Notes: a model not told the origin generated them from the letters alone. A DNA stretch of 64,000 nt from Minisyncoccota bacterium (GCA_043780835.1 JAYWCB010000001.1:35896-99895), one strand, 5' to 3'. Shown: positions 52,871 through 62,753, counted from the stretch's first letter. Numbers and translations are program-made.

Positions 52871-53485
52871 TCACTTTTGATCAGCATCGTTGCACTTTCG
52901 AGCTTTATTGATGTGATATCTCTTCCACCACCGGAAGGGATGCGGTAGTCCCAGTCGGACGAAGAACCGATTGAATCCCATGAGGAGCGGTGAAAGCGAG
53001 CGTGAAATTCGGCCGCTGCTGAACGGTGCTTCACGTAGCATCTGTATCCACTCTTCAGACAATCCGTGCTCCTGTGCACCGGAAATAAGCAGATTCATGT
53101 ACCGAAGCGACGGATGCAGGCCAAGCGCAATATTCTTTGTTGCAAACGTGTGTGCTTCGACGGCTCCACATACTTCCCCTTCCACATTTGAGGTGATGAT
53201 GTCGTACGCACCATTCCCCTCAGATTTGTCGAGTTGCATTAATTCATCGCCCGTTATTTCATACAACACTCCTTCTATATATTCGCCCGGTGCTTCTTCG
53301 ATATTTGCAAATGACGGCTCGAGCCATGGAATTCCTGGTTGGTTAAATACCAAACGATAGTCCTTGAGTACGGCGCGCTCGATTTTTGTCGGTTTCATGT
53401 TGCGCCGGCCTTGAAACACAGCCGAATTCATATTCGAACCGTAGCCGAAATACCAGTATTTTTGAGCTTTCGGAAATTCGCGCAT
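52871..53485 (-). CDS. Gamma-glutamyl cyclotransferase (GGCT/AIG2-like) family protein with C-terminal extension
   Basis: 'YWYFGYGSNMN' N-terminal motif and a downstream Glu region. Confidence 0.65.
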   Translation of the reverse strand: MREFPKAQKYWYFGYGSNMNSAVFQGRRNMKPTKIERAVLKDYRLVFNQPGIPWLEPSFANIEEAPGEYIEGVLYEITGDELMQLDKSEGNGAYDIITSNVEGEVCGAVEAHTFATKNIALGLHPSLRYMNLLISGAQEHGLSEEWIQMLREAPFSSGRISRSLSPLLMGFNRFFVRLGLPHPFRWWKRYHINKARKCNDADQK

Positions 53486-53545
53486 GGTGGCACTTTATCA
53501 TTTCAATGATGCGAAATGCATGGCAAGTCGCGGTAGAATGTACGC

Positions 53546-54205
53546 ATGAGCGAGACAACTGGCGCTGTAGAAAAAAATGTAAAACACGTAACCGCGTATG
53601 CGCGGCTTTTATGGAGCATGATCGCAGGTCTGATCTGCAGTGTCCTGACAGGTCTCGTTATTTCATGGACCTATGCATTACTCACGTTTTGGGACGTAAC
53701 GGCACTCGTATTACTCGTTGACCTATGGCATAGCTTGTATTCACTCACTCCGTCACAGACAAAAGCACACGCAACAAACGAAGATCCGGGACGCGGGAGC
53801 GCAGAACTTATATTAGTCGGCGCAAGTATTGCGAGTCTTGCGGCGGTGGTGATATTGCTTGCACAATCCGGAAGCGTCACCGAAACATCAAAAATTATCC
53901 ACGTAGCACTCGGCGTCGCCAGTATTGTGATTTCATGGGCAGTGGTGCACGCACTCTATGCGCTTCGCTATGCAGACATGTATTTCAAACATCAAGACGG
54001 TATTGACTTCAATGATCTCGACATTCCCTCATATCGCGACTTTGTATATCTTGCGTTTACCATTGGGATGACGTATCAAGTTGCGGATACCAATCTGCGC
54101 TCCACAAAATTTCGTAGTACCGTTTTGCACCACGCGCTTCTCTCATATTTATTTGGCACTGCGATCATCGCAACTACCATCAACCTTGTGGTGAATCTAG
54201 GTTAG
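53546..54205 (+). CDS. Integral membrane protein (DUF1345-like, tentative)
   Basis: Four to six TM helices with a conserved-looking 'RYADMYFKHQDGIDFN' loop. Confidence 0.45.
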   Translation: MSETTGAVEKNVKHVTAYARLLWSMIAGLICSVLTGLVISWTYALLTFWDVTALVLLVDLWHSLYSLTPSQTKAHATNEDPGRGSAELILVGASIASLAAVVILLAQSGSVTETSKIIHVALGVASIVISWAVVHALYALRYADMYFKHQDGIDFNDLDIPSYRDFVYLAFTIGMTYQVADTNLRSTKFRSTVLHHALLSYLFGTAIIATTINLVVNLG

Positions 54206-54241
54206 CAACATCCAAATCGTTACCGGTTCAAAACGAGCAGT

Positions 54242-56119
54242 TTGGTAGTATGGGGCTCTATGCCACACGGAATGGGTGGACTGCGCGGGTTTGCCCGCGA
54301 CACCGACACCATCAGACACACGATTAAACCGGGGACAATCCCGCGAATTATTCGGTTTGGCGCTTCGTACGCACGGATACTCGGCGTGTATCTTATTCTT
54401 ATCATTGTCGATGCTGCGGTCGGCACCATAAATCCATTGATTTACCGCGAGGTGATCAACAAAGGCGTGCTCGGGCACGATGTCTCGCTCGTCGTACTTC
54501 TCGCGCTTGGTGCCGCAGGCATCGCAATACTCGATGCAGTGCTCTCGTTCGTGAAGCTTTGGATCTCGACGCGCATCGGGCAAGACATGCTCCTCGATAT
54601 GCGCACACGCGTGTTCTCTCATATTCAATCGATGTCGCTCGCGTTCTTTACCCGCACCCGCACCGGCTCGCTCGTGAGTAGGCTCAATACCGATGTGAGC
54701 GGCGTGTCGGATGCGTTCACGCAGATCCTCTCGAATGTAGTAAGCAATGTGGTCACGACGACACTCGTTCTGACAGCGATGTTCATCCTTTCGTGGCAGC
54801 TCACGCTGGCTGCGCTCGTGCTCATACCTGTATTCATTATCCCGGCACGCTACGTGGGGAAAAAACTCCAATCGCTCACCGTCCGCCGCTACGATCTGTC
54901 GTCGGACCTGAACAACATGATGGTGGAGCGGTTCAATGTATCGGGTGCGATACTCTCCAAGGTATTTGGTACTCCCGACGAAGACGTACAACAATTCCGC
55001 GCGCACGCCAAAGGCTTGCGTGATATCGCCATACAGACATCGACTTATGCACGCGTGTTTTTCATATCCCTCGGACTCGTGGCGTCGCTCGCGGTCGCGG
55101 TCGCGTATGGCTGGGGCGGCGTGCTCGTGATACAGAATACACTCGACATCGGTACCCTCGTTGCAATGAGCGCGTATCTGCTTCGACTCTACGGGCCGCT
55201 CACTGCGCTCTCGAATGTACAAGTGGATGTGATGACTGCCATCGTGTCGTTCGAGCGCGTGTTCGAGATCCTCGACCTCAAGCCATCCATCGAAGAAAAA
55301 CAGACTGCACAACCGATCCCGGCCGGTCCCGCAAAGCTCGAATTCGATCACGTGGATTTCCGTTACCCCTCACCGTCGGAAGTATCGCTCGCATCGCTTG
55401 AGTCGGTGCATGTGCTCAGCACGGAAGAGGAAAAGCGGGTGCTGAACGACATCTCATTTACTGCAGAGCCCGGCACCATGACCGCGCTCGTGGGCCATTC
55501 CGGCGCAGGCAAGACCACGATCACGCAGTTAATCCCTCGCTTTTACGATGCAACGAACGGATCGATCAAAATCAACGGCATCGATGTGCGCGACGCCACA
55601 TTCAAATCACTTCGCGATACAATCGGCACCGTAATGCAAGAAACGCATATGTTCCACGACACGATCCGTGCAAACCTCCTCTATGCAAAACCTGATGCCA
55701 ACGATGCCGAGATCAACAGTGCACTTGCCGCAGCACAAATTCTCCCGCTCGTGCAATCACTCCCCGGCGGACTCGGGACAATGCTCGGAGAACGCGGCTA
55801 CAGATTATCGGGCGGTGAGAAACAGCGCCTCGCTATCGCCCGCGTGCTGCTCAAAGCCCCGTCAATTGTGATATTGGACGAAGCGACTGCGCATTTGGAT
55901 AGCGAATCCGAAGCGGCCATTCAAAAAGCATTCGAGAGCGCACTCGCCGGCCGCACATCGGTAGTAATCGCCCACCGCCTATCCACCATCCGTAACGCCG
56001 ATCAAATTCTCGTCATGTCCGAAGGCCGCATAGCCGAACGTGGCCGCCACGACGAACTCGTCGCTGCCGGCGGCCTCTACACAGAGCTCTACCGTACCCA
56101 GTTTGCAGATAAAAAATAG
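54242..56119 (+). CDS. ABC transporter, fused permease/ATPase (MsbA-like exporter)
   Basis: Six TM helices, then Walker A 'GHSGAGKTT', signature 'LSGGEKQR', Walker B 'ILDEAT' and H-loop. Confidence 0.9.
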   Translation: MVVWGSMPHGMGGLRGFARDTDTIRHTIKPGTIPRIIRFGASYARILGVYLILIIVDAAVGTINPLIYREVINKGVLGHDVSLVVLLALGAAGIAILDAVLSFVKLWISTRIGQDMLLDMRTRVFSHIQSMSLAFFTRTRTGSLVSRLNTDVSGVSDAFTQILSNVVSNVVTTTLVLTAMFILSWQLTLAALVLIPVFIIPARYVGKKLQSLTVRRYDLSSDLNNMMVERFNVSGAILSKVFGTPDEDVQQFRAHAKGLRDIAIQTSTYARVFFISLGLVASLAVAVAYGWGGVLVIQNTLDIGTLVAMSAYLLRLYGPLTALSNVQVDVMTAIVSFERVFEILDLKPSIEEKQTAQPIPAGPAKLEFDHVDFRYPSPSEVSLASLESVHVLSTEEEKRVLNDISFTAEPGTMTALVGHSGAGKTTITQLIPRFYDATNGSIKINGIDVRDATFKSLRDTIGTVMQETHMFHDTIRANLLYAKPDANDAEINSALAAAQILPLVQSLPGGLGTMLGERGYRLSGGEKQRLAIARVLLKAPSIVILDEATAHLDSESEAAIQKAFESALAGRTSVVIAHRLSTIRNADQILVMSEGRIAERGRHDELVAAGGLYTELYRTQFADKK

Positions 56120-56227
56120 TTGAAAGGAGCTCCTGCCCCGGCTGCGATACACTTTTGGTAGTGGGAATACAAAGCACTGCAATTTGCGCATCGATACGTT
56201 GGTGCCGACCATAATGATGATAAAATT

Positions 56228-56785
56228 ATGGTAATGGGACGAACTGTGATATTTGTACGCAATGTAGCGATCCTCCTTGCGATCATCGTGGGACTCATCG
56301 TTGTGCTAGGCGGATACTTTCTATTCGGCGATCATCGCTCCGTAGTGGGCTTAATAGATTGCGGAGGATTCAAGATCGCCGATGTTAAAACGGAAACTTT
56401 TCAGATCGGGGCACCTAGCACTTATTACGATCTACAATACCAACGGCCTTTCAATCTGTTCGGAGGCACCCGGCTGGATACCGATTACCAATTCCCTGCC
56501 GATCTGAAACCAACCAAATACGAAACGTTTGAGAAGCACTCGAACGACAGCCGGCCCTACCAGGTCAATATTCTGGTGAGTCCACGCGATTTCTCTGAAT
56601 CGCAATATGAAAAGATTGCCGCGTGCGTAAAATCCCATATCAGTGAAATGAACAATTGGATCAAGACCGACGTAAGTCTTTCTGCGTATGCTCATATTGA
56701 GTCCATTTCATATACTGCCCGAGAAAACCAACATCCTGCCATTTACAAGGCACCGTATGAGCCATCCAAGGCGTTTACACATTGA
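56228..56785 (+). CDS. Membrane-anchored hypothetical protein
   Basis: N-terminal TM. No motif recognised. Confidence 0.4.
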   Translation: MVMGRTVIFVRNVAILLAIIVGLIVVLGGYFLFGDHRSVVGLIDCGGFKIADVKTETFQIGAPSTYYDLQYQRPFNLFGGTRLDTDYQFPADLKPTKYETFEKHSNDSRPYQVNILVSPRDFSESQYEKIAACVKSHISEMNNWIKTDVSLSAYAHIESISYTARENQHPAIYKAPYEPSKAFTH

Positions 56786-56789
56786 AACC

Positions 56790-57572
56790 TCAGCAGACTT
56801 TATACCCGTCAAATCGTTCCGTACGGATTTTTTCTGCCGAAATATCGAGTTCCGTAAGCTCTTTGCGCATTGATCCGACGAAGGAATCGGTGCCTACGAC
56901 AAAGAAATAGCTCTCGGTATAGTGAGGCGCATGTGTGGCTATCATGTTGCTGGTAATCCTACCGCTGAGGCTGCCCTGCCCTTTTTCACGTGTTGTCGTA
57001 GAGATAAATTCAAATGTCTCGTGCTCGGTCGCATACGATTCAAACTCGCTCAAATATGGAATGCTTGCGCGACTACGATCTGAATGAATATGTATGATCG
57101 AAAGCGATGCATGCGTGTGTATGAGCTCGCGGATGATGCTGCGAAACGGCGTGGTACCGATCCCGCCCGATAGCCATATTTGCGGTGATTCAGTTGCATG
57201 CCAGATAGTGCCTGCAGGGCTGCGTACATTCAGTGCATCGCCGTGCTTCAGCGCATAGCACGCGTTTTTGAAATTGGAATTGCGCACACGCATCGCGAGC
57301 ACGAGGTCTTTCTCATACGGGGCGCTCGCGATGGTGAACTCCTTGAGATCATCGGCGTGTGCGCCGGGGATCGATACCATCGTGTTATCGCCTGCTTTAA
57401 ACACGAAGTCCTCGGGTCGCTCGATAGTAAGCGCGAGTGTGCTTTCTGCCACCATCTCGTGGAATATGACGCGCGCGCGTTGAAAGACATTCGATGTCTC
57501 TCCGAAAACAAACGCTAATTCCGGCGGCAGGCTCATACACAGATAATAGCGTGTACGGCAAAATTTCCTCAT
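56790..57572 (-). CDS. FAD/NAD(P)-binding oxidoreductase, ferredoxin-reductase/siderophore-interacting-like
   Basis: 'REFTIAS' (RxYS-type FAD motif) and 'LSGGIGTTP' NAD(P) motif. True start probably at the internal 'MSLPPELAFVF'. Confidence 0.7.
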   Translation of the reverse strand: MRKFCRTRYYLCMSLPPELAFVFGETSNVFQRARVIFHEMVAESTLALTIERPEDFVFKAGDNTMVSIPGAHADDLKEFTIASAPYEKDLVLAMRVRNSNFKNACYALKHGDALNVRSPAGTIWHATESPQIWLSGGIGTTPFRSIIRELIHTHASLSIIHIHSDRSRASIPYLSEFESYATEHETFEFISTTTREKGQGSLSGRITSNMIATHAPHYTESYFFVVGTDSFVGSMRKELTELDISAEKIRTERFDGYKVC

Positions 57573-57611
57573 CCGAACCTAAACACAACTCCAAGTGTGC
57601 CGTTTCGATTT

Positions 57612-57653
57612 ACACATATTCTCAAATTCTTGAGAATATAAGAATGTTTATCG
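57612..57653. promoter_or_regulatory. Conserved palindromic operator-like motif, copy 1: TATTCTCA-N6-TGAGAATA plus a GAGAAT(G) half-site
   Basis: ACACATATTCTCAAATTCTTGAGAATATAAGAATGTTTATCG lies in the divergent intergenic region between the FNR-like gene (minus) and the DUF2127-like gene (plus). It is nearly identical to 63239..63276. Confidence 0.5.
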
Positions 57654-57820
57654 TAAGTCACGCCTCTTTTGTTCAGCGTTGCTTTTAGCTCAACGAAAGA
57701 CTTTCGTCTAGTTTTCCGAGTACCTTATCGAACAGGTAGAGTCACGCACTCGGCCACAAATTCAGAGTAAAACTAGCGTTTCCACAAGACACGAGTGCTA
57801 CGTACATATATAGTGCATGC

Positions 57821-58321
57821 ATGCCGGGAGATGAAATTCAAAAAATGGAGCACGACGATAAGGTTAAATTGTATTTCCAGATAGGTGTCGTTGCAAAAGG
57901 AGTCGTGTCTTTTTTTGAAATCGTAGCCGGAGTCGTAGCTTTTTTTATCCCCGTATCTGCGATAACCGATTTCGTCGTCTATCTTGCTCAGGGAGAACTC
58001 GTGGACGATCCAAACAGTTTTCTTGCGACTCATCTGATGTCACTTGCGCATCAATTCTATTACACGAGTAGCGTTTTCATCGGTGTTTATCTTATCAGTA
58101 GAGGTACTGTAAAACTGACGCTTATCATTGCCCTTTTACGCGATAAACTGTGGGCGTATCCGAGCGCACTGACGGTGCTCGGCATCTTTGTGACATTCCA
58201 GATGTATGAAATTGTAAAAAAAGGAGTGTTTATTCTCGCACTGCTCACCGCGCTCGATCTGATCGTTATGTGGTTTATCTATCGAGAGTACCAAATCGTG
58301 CGCACTCGCGTGGCGGAATAG
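57821..58321 (+). CDS. Small membrane protein (DUF2127-like, tentative)
   Basis: Four TM helices, 166 aa. Confidence 0.45.
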   Translation: MPGDEIQKMEHDDKVKLYFQIGVVAKGVVSFFEIVAGVVAFFIPVSAITDFVVYLAQGELVDDPNSFLATHLMSLAHQFYYTSSVFIGVYLISRGTVKLTLIIALLRDKLWAYPSALTVLGIFVTFQMYEIVKKGVFILALLTALDLIVMWFIYREYQIVRTRVAE

Positions 58322-58388
58322 GAATCGCACGTCGCAAACACAAAAACCGTCGAGGACCCCGGCGGTTTTTTTGGAAAAAAACTATGTG

Positions 58389-58907
58389 CTACTTTGTCGT
58401 CTTTTTCGGGTAGCCCTTTTTTATTTTTGTAGCCGAAGTGACCACTTCCGTGAGTCCTTCCTTTGACGCAGGCGCTGTCTGCTTTGTTGATTCAATCGCA
58501 AGTATCAAGCGATCGAGTTTGCCGTTCAGCGCTTCCAGTTGTTTGAGCACGGCGGAGTTACCTCCTGCGGAGTCGGCACTCGCAACATGTGGTCGTGTAC
58601 CAAAATCGCGTTTTGCGAATCGGTCGCCTGCGCGTCCCGCAGTAGCAATGTCCGCAGTTTTCACAAAGCAGTTGCGACAGAAGACAGGTTTGCCGTTTAC
58701 AGGACGAAACGGGACTTCGCACTCATTGCCGCACTTACTGCACTGCGCTTTATAGAGCGTAGTCGATCGGTCTGATCCTGAGCGGTCTGCCCAGTTCTTT
58801 TTTGGGAACGACGGCTTTCCACCGAATGTGGCTTTATTACCGAATCGTTTTGGACCTCCGTGTGGTTTGAAATCAGCCATATAAAGAGAGTGTGCACTAT
58901 TCCACAA
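58389..58907 (-). CDS. CxxC...CxxC zinc-ribbon protein with basic N-terminus and C-terminal coiled coil
   Basis: 'CSKCGNECEVPFRPVNGKPVFCRNCF' zinc ribbon. N-terminal K/G/F-rich region. Confidence 0.5.
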   Translation of the reverse strand: MWNSAHSLYMADFKPHGGPKRFGNKATFGGKPSFPKKNWADRSGSDRSTTLYKAQCSKCGNECEVPFRPVNGKPVFCRNCFVKTADIATAGRAGDRFAKRDFGTRPHVASADSAGGNSAVLKQLEALNGKLDRLILAIESTKQTAPASKEGLTEVVTSATKIKKGYPKKTTK

Positions 58908-58991
58908 TATATTGCAAGCGTGTCAATATATACGAGGCACATATCGAAAGCCGCTCATGCATACGCAGGAGCGGCTCAAGGCACGCAATAT

Positions 58992-59387
58992 TCATTGGGT
59001 ACGTATTTTCGACGCATCGAGAAGCTCCGCATAAAGTGCTTGCACAGCGCCGGTAAGCGTTTCTGAGAATCGCAAACCTCTCAGTTGCATTTCCGGCAAA
59101 AGTAAGTTGTACTTCTGCATCGCGGGCGTACCGTGCGCAGAAATAAGCTCATCGAGTTCGTCATCTGAAAAAAGATCCGCGTACATGCCTGCCTGTTGCG
59201 TCAGCAAGTGCGACATAAATCGTTCACCGAATGCGGATAGTAAGTGCTCGATCGCCATCTGCGAATCTGGTTGATTCTGAAACGACGAAGCCCCTAATGT
59301 ACCCGCAACGACAGAAACAGTTCCTGCTATCGTTCGTTCCGCACCACTTGCGCGCATATACTGAGATGCCTTCGAGAGCGTACCCAT
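58992..59387 (-). CDS. Hypothetical protein (DUF2059-like, tentative)
   Basis: 'YADLFSDDELDELISAHGTPAMQKY' region. 131 aa. Confidence 0.4.
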   Translation of the reverse strand: MGTLSKASQYMRASGAERTIAGTVSVVAGTLGASSFQNQPDSQMAIEHLLSAFGERFMSHLLTQQAGMYADLFSDDELDELISAHGTPAMQKYNLLLPEMQLRGLRFSETLTGAVQALYAELLDASKIRTQ

Positions 59388-59800
59388 TGTATAAACCCTC
59401 CACTGTGTGACTCTCTGAAGATTAACACGCCACCTTTCTCGTACACTTTTTGATGTGATTCAGAAACTGATTTCTCGCGTACCCCTCTGCGTGACGAAAT
59501 TATTTTATCTATCAATATCTCCCGCATCGCCGCTGTCTCTATCCAAAAGAGTTTCATCTGTTGAAGTGGCATGCACACCGGAACCGCCAGTGTTTGGGAT
59601 GAGTGGCTGTGATAATACGAGCACAACCCATGCGACAGTCGCAAGCAAAAGAACAGCACCGCCGATCATTAAGGATGAATTGATAGCTTTGGTCTTGGAA
59701 TTCATAATGCGCACTCTACGCGAAAACATGTGTAGTGTTAGTGAATGAAAAGTCATCATTTTGGAGACAACCTGCGACCGTGCGCGTAGCGTCGTAAATA

Positions 59801-60649
59801 CTAAGGAGAGATCAAAACAGGATGATCTGTTTGGGGATGTAGGGTGTGATCATCGGGATCCGGTAGTGGTCCGATCCAGGTACCATAGTAATAGATATTT
59901 TTATCGTCTCGGGCATCAATTGTAACAGTGCCTGTAGCGCCAGGCTCGCGCACCACAGTGTCGTGGAACGTGACAAATGTGGACGGGCTTGCACCGGGTA
60001 TTACCGTTATTGTGCCAGTGCAGTTATTGTTTTCATCGCACGTCGTGTGCACTACGTACACATTGTTTGCGTCTTTGGCATATACCGCGCTTAGCACTTG
60101 AAACGTATTCGGATCCGCTCCCTGCACTATTTCAATACTCGTGCCAGAAAAGAAATACACATGCTGAGAGTCCATATAAAACGCAGGTGTCGAGCCGCCC
60201 CCTATGCCCCCCTTTCGAGAACTTGCTCCCGCTTCTGTTCCACCGAGCACCGGCACTTTATGGAAAGTCTTTATGTCGGTAATTGCATCAGCCTTGATAT
60301 ATGAATATGTTTTCTTTCCATGCTCATCCACTCCTGTAGAAATACGAAAGTAAAAACTTTGCCCATCGCTATAGAAATTGTCATCGAATGACACCAACGA
60401 CTGACCGCGCGTGGGCGCCGCTTCAGTTTCCGCCTGTGCTTGTGCGGTCGACGCAGGAAGTTTGGCGTCTTGCACGTCCTGCGGTCCGAGTTTACCTACA
60501 AAGGAATAGCCGACATACAACACCACGAGGCCTCCAATGACAGCAAGCATTACTGGAATTCCCACCCCACCTTTTTGATACATGGGCTCAGTATATCGTG
60601 CTCGCAGCGCTCTAAAGCAATATTCGCACCATGATAAAAAACGGACCAC
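59801..60649 (-). CDS. Membrane-anchored DKNYY-repeat family protein
   Basis: N-terminal TM, then repeated 'D(x)(N/H)(V/I)Y(F/Y/V)' units: 'DSQHVYFFSG', 'DANNVYVVHT', 'DDKNIYYYGT'. Confidence 0.55.
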   Translation of the reverse strand: MVRFLSWCEYCFRALRARYTEPMYQKGGVGIPVMLAVIGGLVVLYVGYSFVGKLGPQDVQDAKLPASTAQAQAETEAAPTRGQSLVSFDDNFYSDGQSFYFRISTGVDEHGKKTYSYIKADAITDIKTFHKVPVLGGTEAGASSRKGGIGGGSTPAFYMDSQHVYFFSGTSIEIVQGADPNTFQVLSAVYAKDANNVYVVHTTCDENNNCTGTITVIPGASPSTFVTFHDTVVREPGATGTVTIDARDDKNIYYYGTWIGPLPDPDDHTLHPQTDHPVLISP

Positions 60650-60681
60650 GGCGAAACGTCGCCGGGGTCCGAGATGATGTG

Positions 60682-61506
60682 TCAGGCCACAACCTGTGTA
60701 AAATGTGCATCGAGATCAGCGAAGGACATTTTGTAGTTGAACCCAGGCGTAAGCTCTTTTACGTGAGGGTACTTATATTTATCCCACTCCCGCGCCTGTG
60801 GAAAATCGATAAACGCGACCATTGCGTACCTGCCGTTTACTTTTGTGCGTTCATTGGGTTCAACCTTGTGCCACAATGCTTTGACTTTGCCGCCCGAGCG
60901 ATGCTGTAAACCGATTGAGGGAAAAATAATCGTTTGCTCATGATCGACCGGCCATGTCTTCCACTGCATATCGAATCCAAGGTATTCGCCACCCCCATCA
61001 TTTTCGTACAAATGTAGCGTGAATCCGAGCCGGTCAGCATGGGAATTTGCGAGCATATCACCACCGAAGTAGTGCAGAAATCGAAAGGTCCACAGATCGG
61101 TTGATCCGAGAACTTCGTCACTAAAGCCAGGCATTTCGTATTCACGTTCCATTCGCTCGACAAATTCCACAATGATCGGCTTGATCGCGTGACTGAGCAC
61201 GTCGGCTGCACGCACAAATTCAACCGCTCTCGTATCACTTACAGTTAGTGCCTGCGCGAGCAATTCCGGTTCGCGAAGTTTCAGTAGATGAAATTGCTCT
61301 TTGTTATCCGCACGGGGACCACTGTCATTACGGCGCATGTACCCATAATCGTCGATTCGATCCCCGCCTGAAATCTTCCTTTTTTCGGATTCGGATAATT
61401 CACAAAAACGCACCCACGCTGCCATCGCCTCCTGCACGCGCAACCGTAACCCGTTTGGATACTGCACCGTTACATAACCGTCAGTATTGAGCGACTTGAT
61501 ATCCAT
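60682..61506 (-). CDS. 2-oxoglutarate/Fe(II)-dependent dioxygenase superfamily protein (tentative)
   Basis: 'HADRLGFTLHL' (HxD) and a distal 'ALWHKV' His, consistent with the 2-His-1-carboxylate facial triad. Confidence 0.55.
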   Translation of the reverse strand: MDIKSLNTDGYVTVQYPNGLRLRVQEAMAAWVRFCELSESEKRKISGGDRIDDYGYMRRNDSGPRADNKEQFHLLKLREPELLAQALTVSDTRAVEFVRAADVLSHAIKPIIVEFVERMEREYEMPGFSDEVLGSTDLWTFRFLHYFGGDMLANSHADRLGFTLHLYENDGGGEYLGFDMQWKTWPVDHEQTIIFPSIGLQHRSGGKVKALWHKVEPNERTKVNGRYAMVAFIDFPQAREWDKYKYPHVKELTPGFNYKMSFADLDAHFTQVVA

Positions 61507-61675
61507 ATCTTCCTCCGTTCCCTATCTCTACCTGCTGGGATAGTACCAAAAAAACCTATAGCCGGTTATCAACAGACCAAAATAAATTCCGATTATTGCA
61601 CTACCGTGACGCCGCACAACGTGTGCTCATGCCAAGTCGATGAATTACAAACATGGAAATACCTCAATAAATCAG

Positions 61676-61681
61676 TATAAT
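61676..61681 (+). promoter_or_regulatory. Consensus -10 box (TATAAT) 9 nt upstream of tRNA-Glu
   Basis: Perfect TATAAT. No good -35 element seen. Confidence 0.4.
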
Positions 61682-61690
61682 CTTGCGACG

Positions 61691-61762
61691 AGGCCCTATC
61701 GTCTATCGGTTAGGACACATCCTTCTCAAGGATGGAAGCGGAGTTCGACTCTCCGTAGGGTC
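61691..61762 (+). tRNA. tRNA-Glu (anticodon CUC), CCA not encoded
   Basis: The sequence folds into a cloverleaf by hand. Acceptor GGCCCTA/TAGGGTC has one G-U pair. D-arm 'TCGTCTATCGGTTAGGACAC' is very like E. coli tRNA-Glu. Anticodon stem CATCC/GGATG with loop TTCTCAA. T-arm CGGAG-TTCGACT-CTCCG. Discriminator A. Confidence 0.85.
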
Positions 61763-61820
61763 ATTGACAGCAAAGCCTCGACCACACGGCCGAGGCTTTG
61801 TGCGATCACCGGTGCGCTTC

Positions 61821-62753
61821 TTAATCGGCTTGCGCGTCGTTGACATCTATAGCACGACCATTCGTGCTCACTACACGTTTTTCAGAAGGCACGCACAGCA
61901 ACTTCGTCATGGAAGTCGTGAGTTTTTGGCTTTGACCGAACTGATTGTTAATCACGAGACTGCGCGCGACCGCAGTATTCGGTATAAGCGCATAGCACAC
62001 AAGATGATCGTTCGGATGTTGGATCGTCGTCGTAGTTACCTGTGGCGTATCTCCATCGCCGAAGCCGAGCACATGAATCTTTGCTACCGGATTGCATAGA
62101 TATTGAGCTCGCACTACATCGAACTGGCTCCATGAGGCACCCGTTGCATTCGATGGTGTCGAGAACTGATCCCATAGCTTCACAGTCTGCTGAGGCATCT
62201 GGCCGGCCTCGACCTGATAGCACTTGAAGTGATCGAGACCTTTTGGAAAGCCCTGTTCCGTCGGCTTTTCGTTTACGGAAACCTTTTGCGTAGGTACGGC
62301 AATGAACCGCGGCGCGATCACGAGCAGCTGTTGGCCATTTGGCGCAAATTGATTTTTAACAATCACGGTTCGCTGCACGAAATGCTCTGCGATTGCTGGC
62401 TTGATGCTGTACCACGTCAGATGGCCGTCCATGTTTGTAATCGATGTTGTCGAAACAGAGCCCGCGACCGCGTGAATTTTTGCAACTGGGTTACAGAAGA
62501 ATCTCGGGTCACGAACGATGTCACGCTCAAATTTCTTGTCTTGCACGCCAAACTGGTCTCGAAGAAATACGAGATCGTTGATAGCCGTGCCTTGGGCGAC
62601 GTAGCACTTGAAATGATCAAGCGCGGCTGTACCGGAACCAGTCCCCGCAGTTTGAGCCCCCGCGATTCGGAAAGCACCCGCGACGAGCGCAGCGGCCACT
62701 ATGATCAAAAAAAGAAGTCGATGCGTTTGTGTCTGATATTTAAGGAAGTTCAT
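61821..62753 (-). CDS. Secreted protein with three tandem Cys-pair repeats (unrecognised domain)
   Basis: Signal peptide. Three repeats, each 'DH(F/L)(K/V)CY ... NQF(G/A) ... (F/Y/L)(F/L)C(N/V)P(V/S)(A/E)K'. Confidence 0.5.
   Translation of the reverse strand: MNFLKYQTQTHRLLFLIIVAAALVAGAFRIAGAQTAGTGSGTAALDHFKCYVAQGTAINDLVFLRDQFGVQDKKFERDIVRDPRFFCNPVAKIHAVAGSVSTTSITNMDGHLTWYSIKPAIAEHFVQRTVIVKNQFAPNGQQLLVIAPRFIAVPTQKVSVNEKPTEQGFPKGLDHFKCYQVEAGQMPQQTVKLWDQFSTPSNATGASWSQFDVVRAQYLCNPVAKIHVLGFGDGDTPQVTTTTIQHPNDHLVCYALIPNTAVARSLVINNQFGQSQKLTTSMTKLLCVPSEKRVVSTNGRAIDVNDAQAD

Noticed and set aside
54197-55351. 384-aa minus-strand ORF rich in R/H/E/C
   Set aside because: It lies entirely antisense to the well-supported MsbA-like ABC transporter (Walker A/B and signature motifs on the plus strand). 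It is a typical shadow ORF.
57494-57688. Short ORFs spanning the conserved palindromic motif (57494..57688 and 63185..63643)
   Set aside because: Their apparent protein similarity (…ILENIRM… / …ILENTRM…) is just the conserved DNA motif read in one frame. They overlap real genes or operators and have no coding signal otherwise.
61683-62099. 138-aa plus-strand ORF
   Set aside because: Its 5' part is the tRNA-Glu gene and the remainder is antisense to the repeat-protein gene. Not coding.
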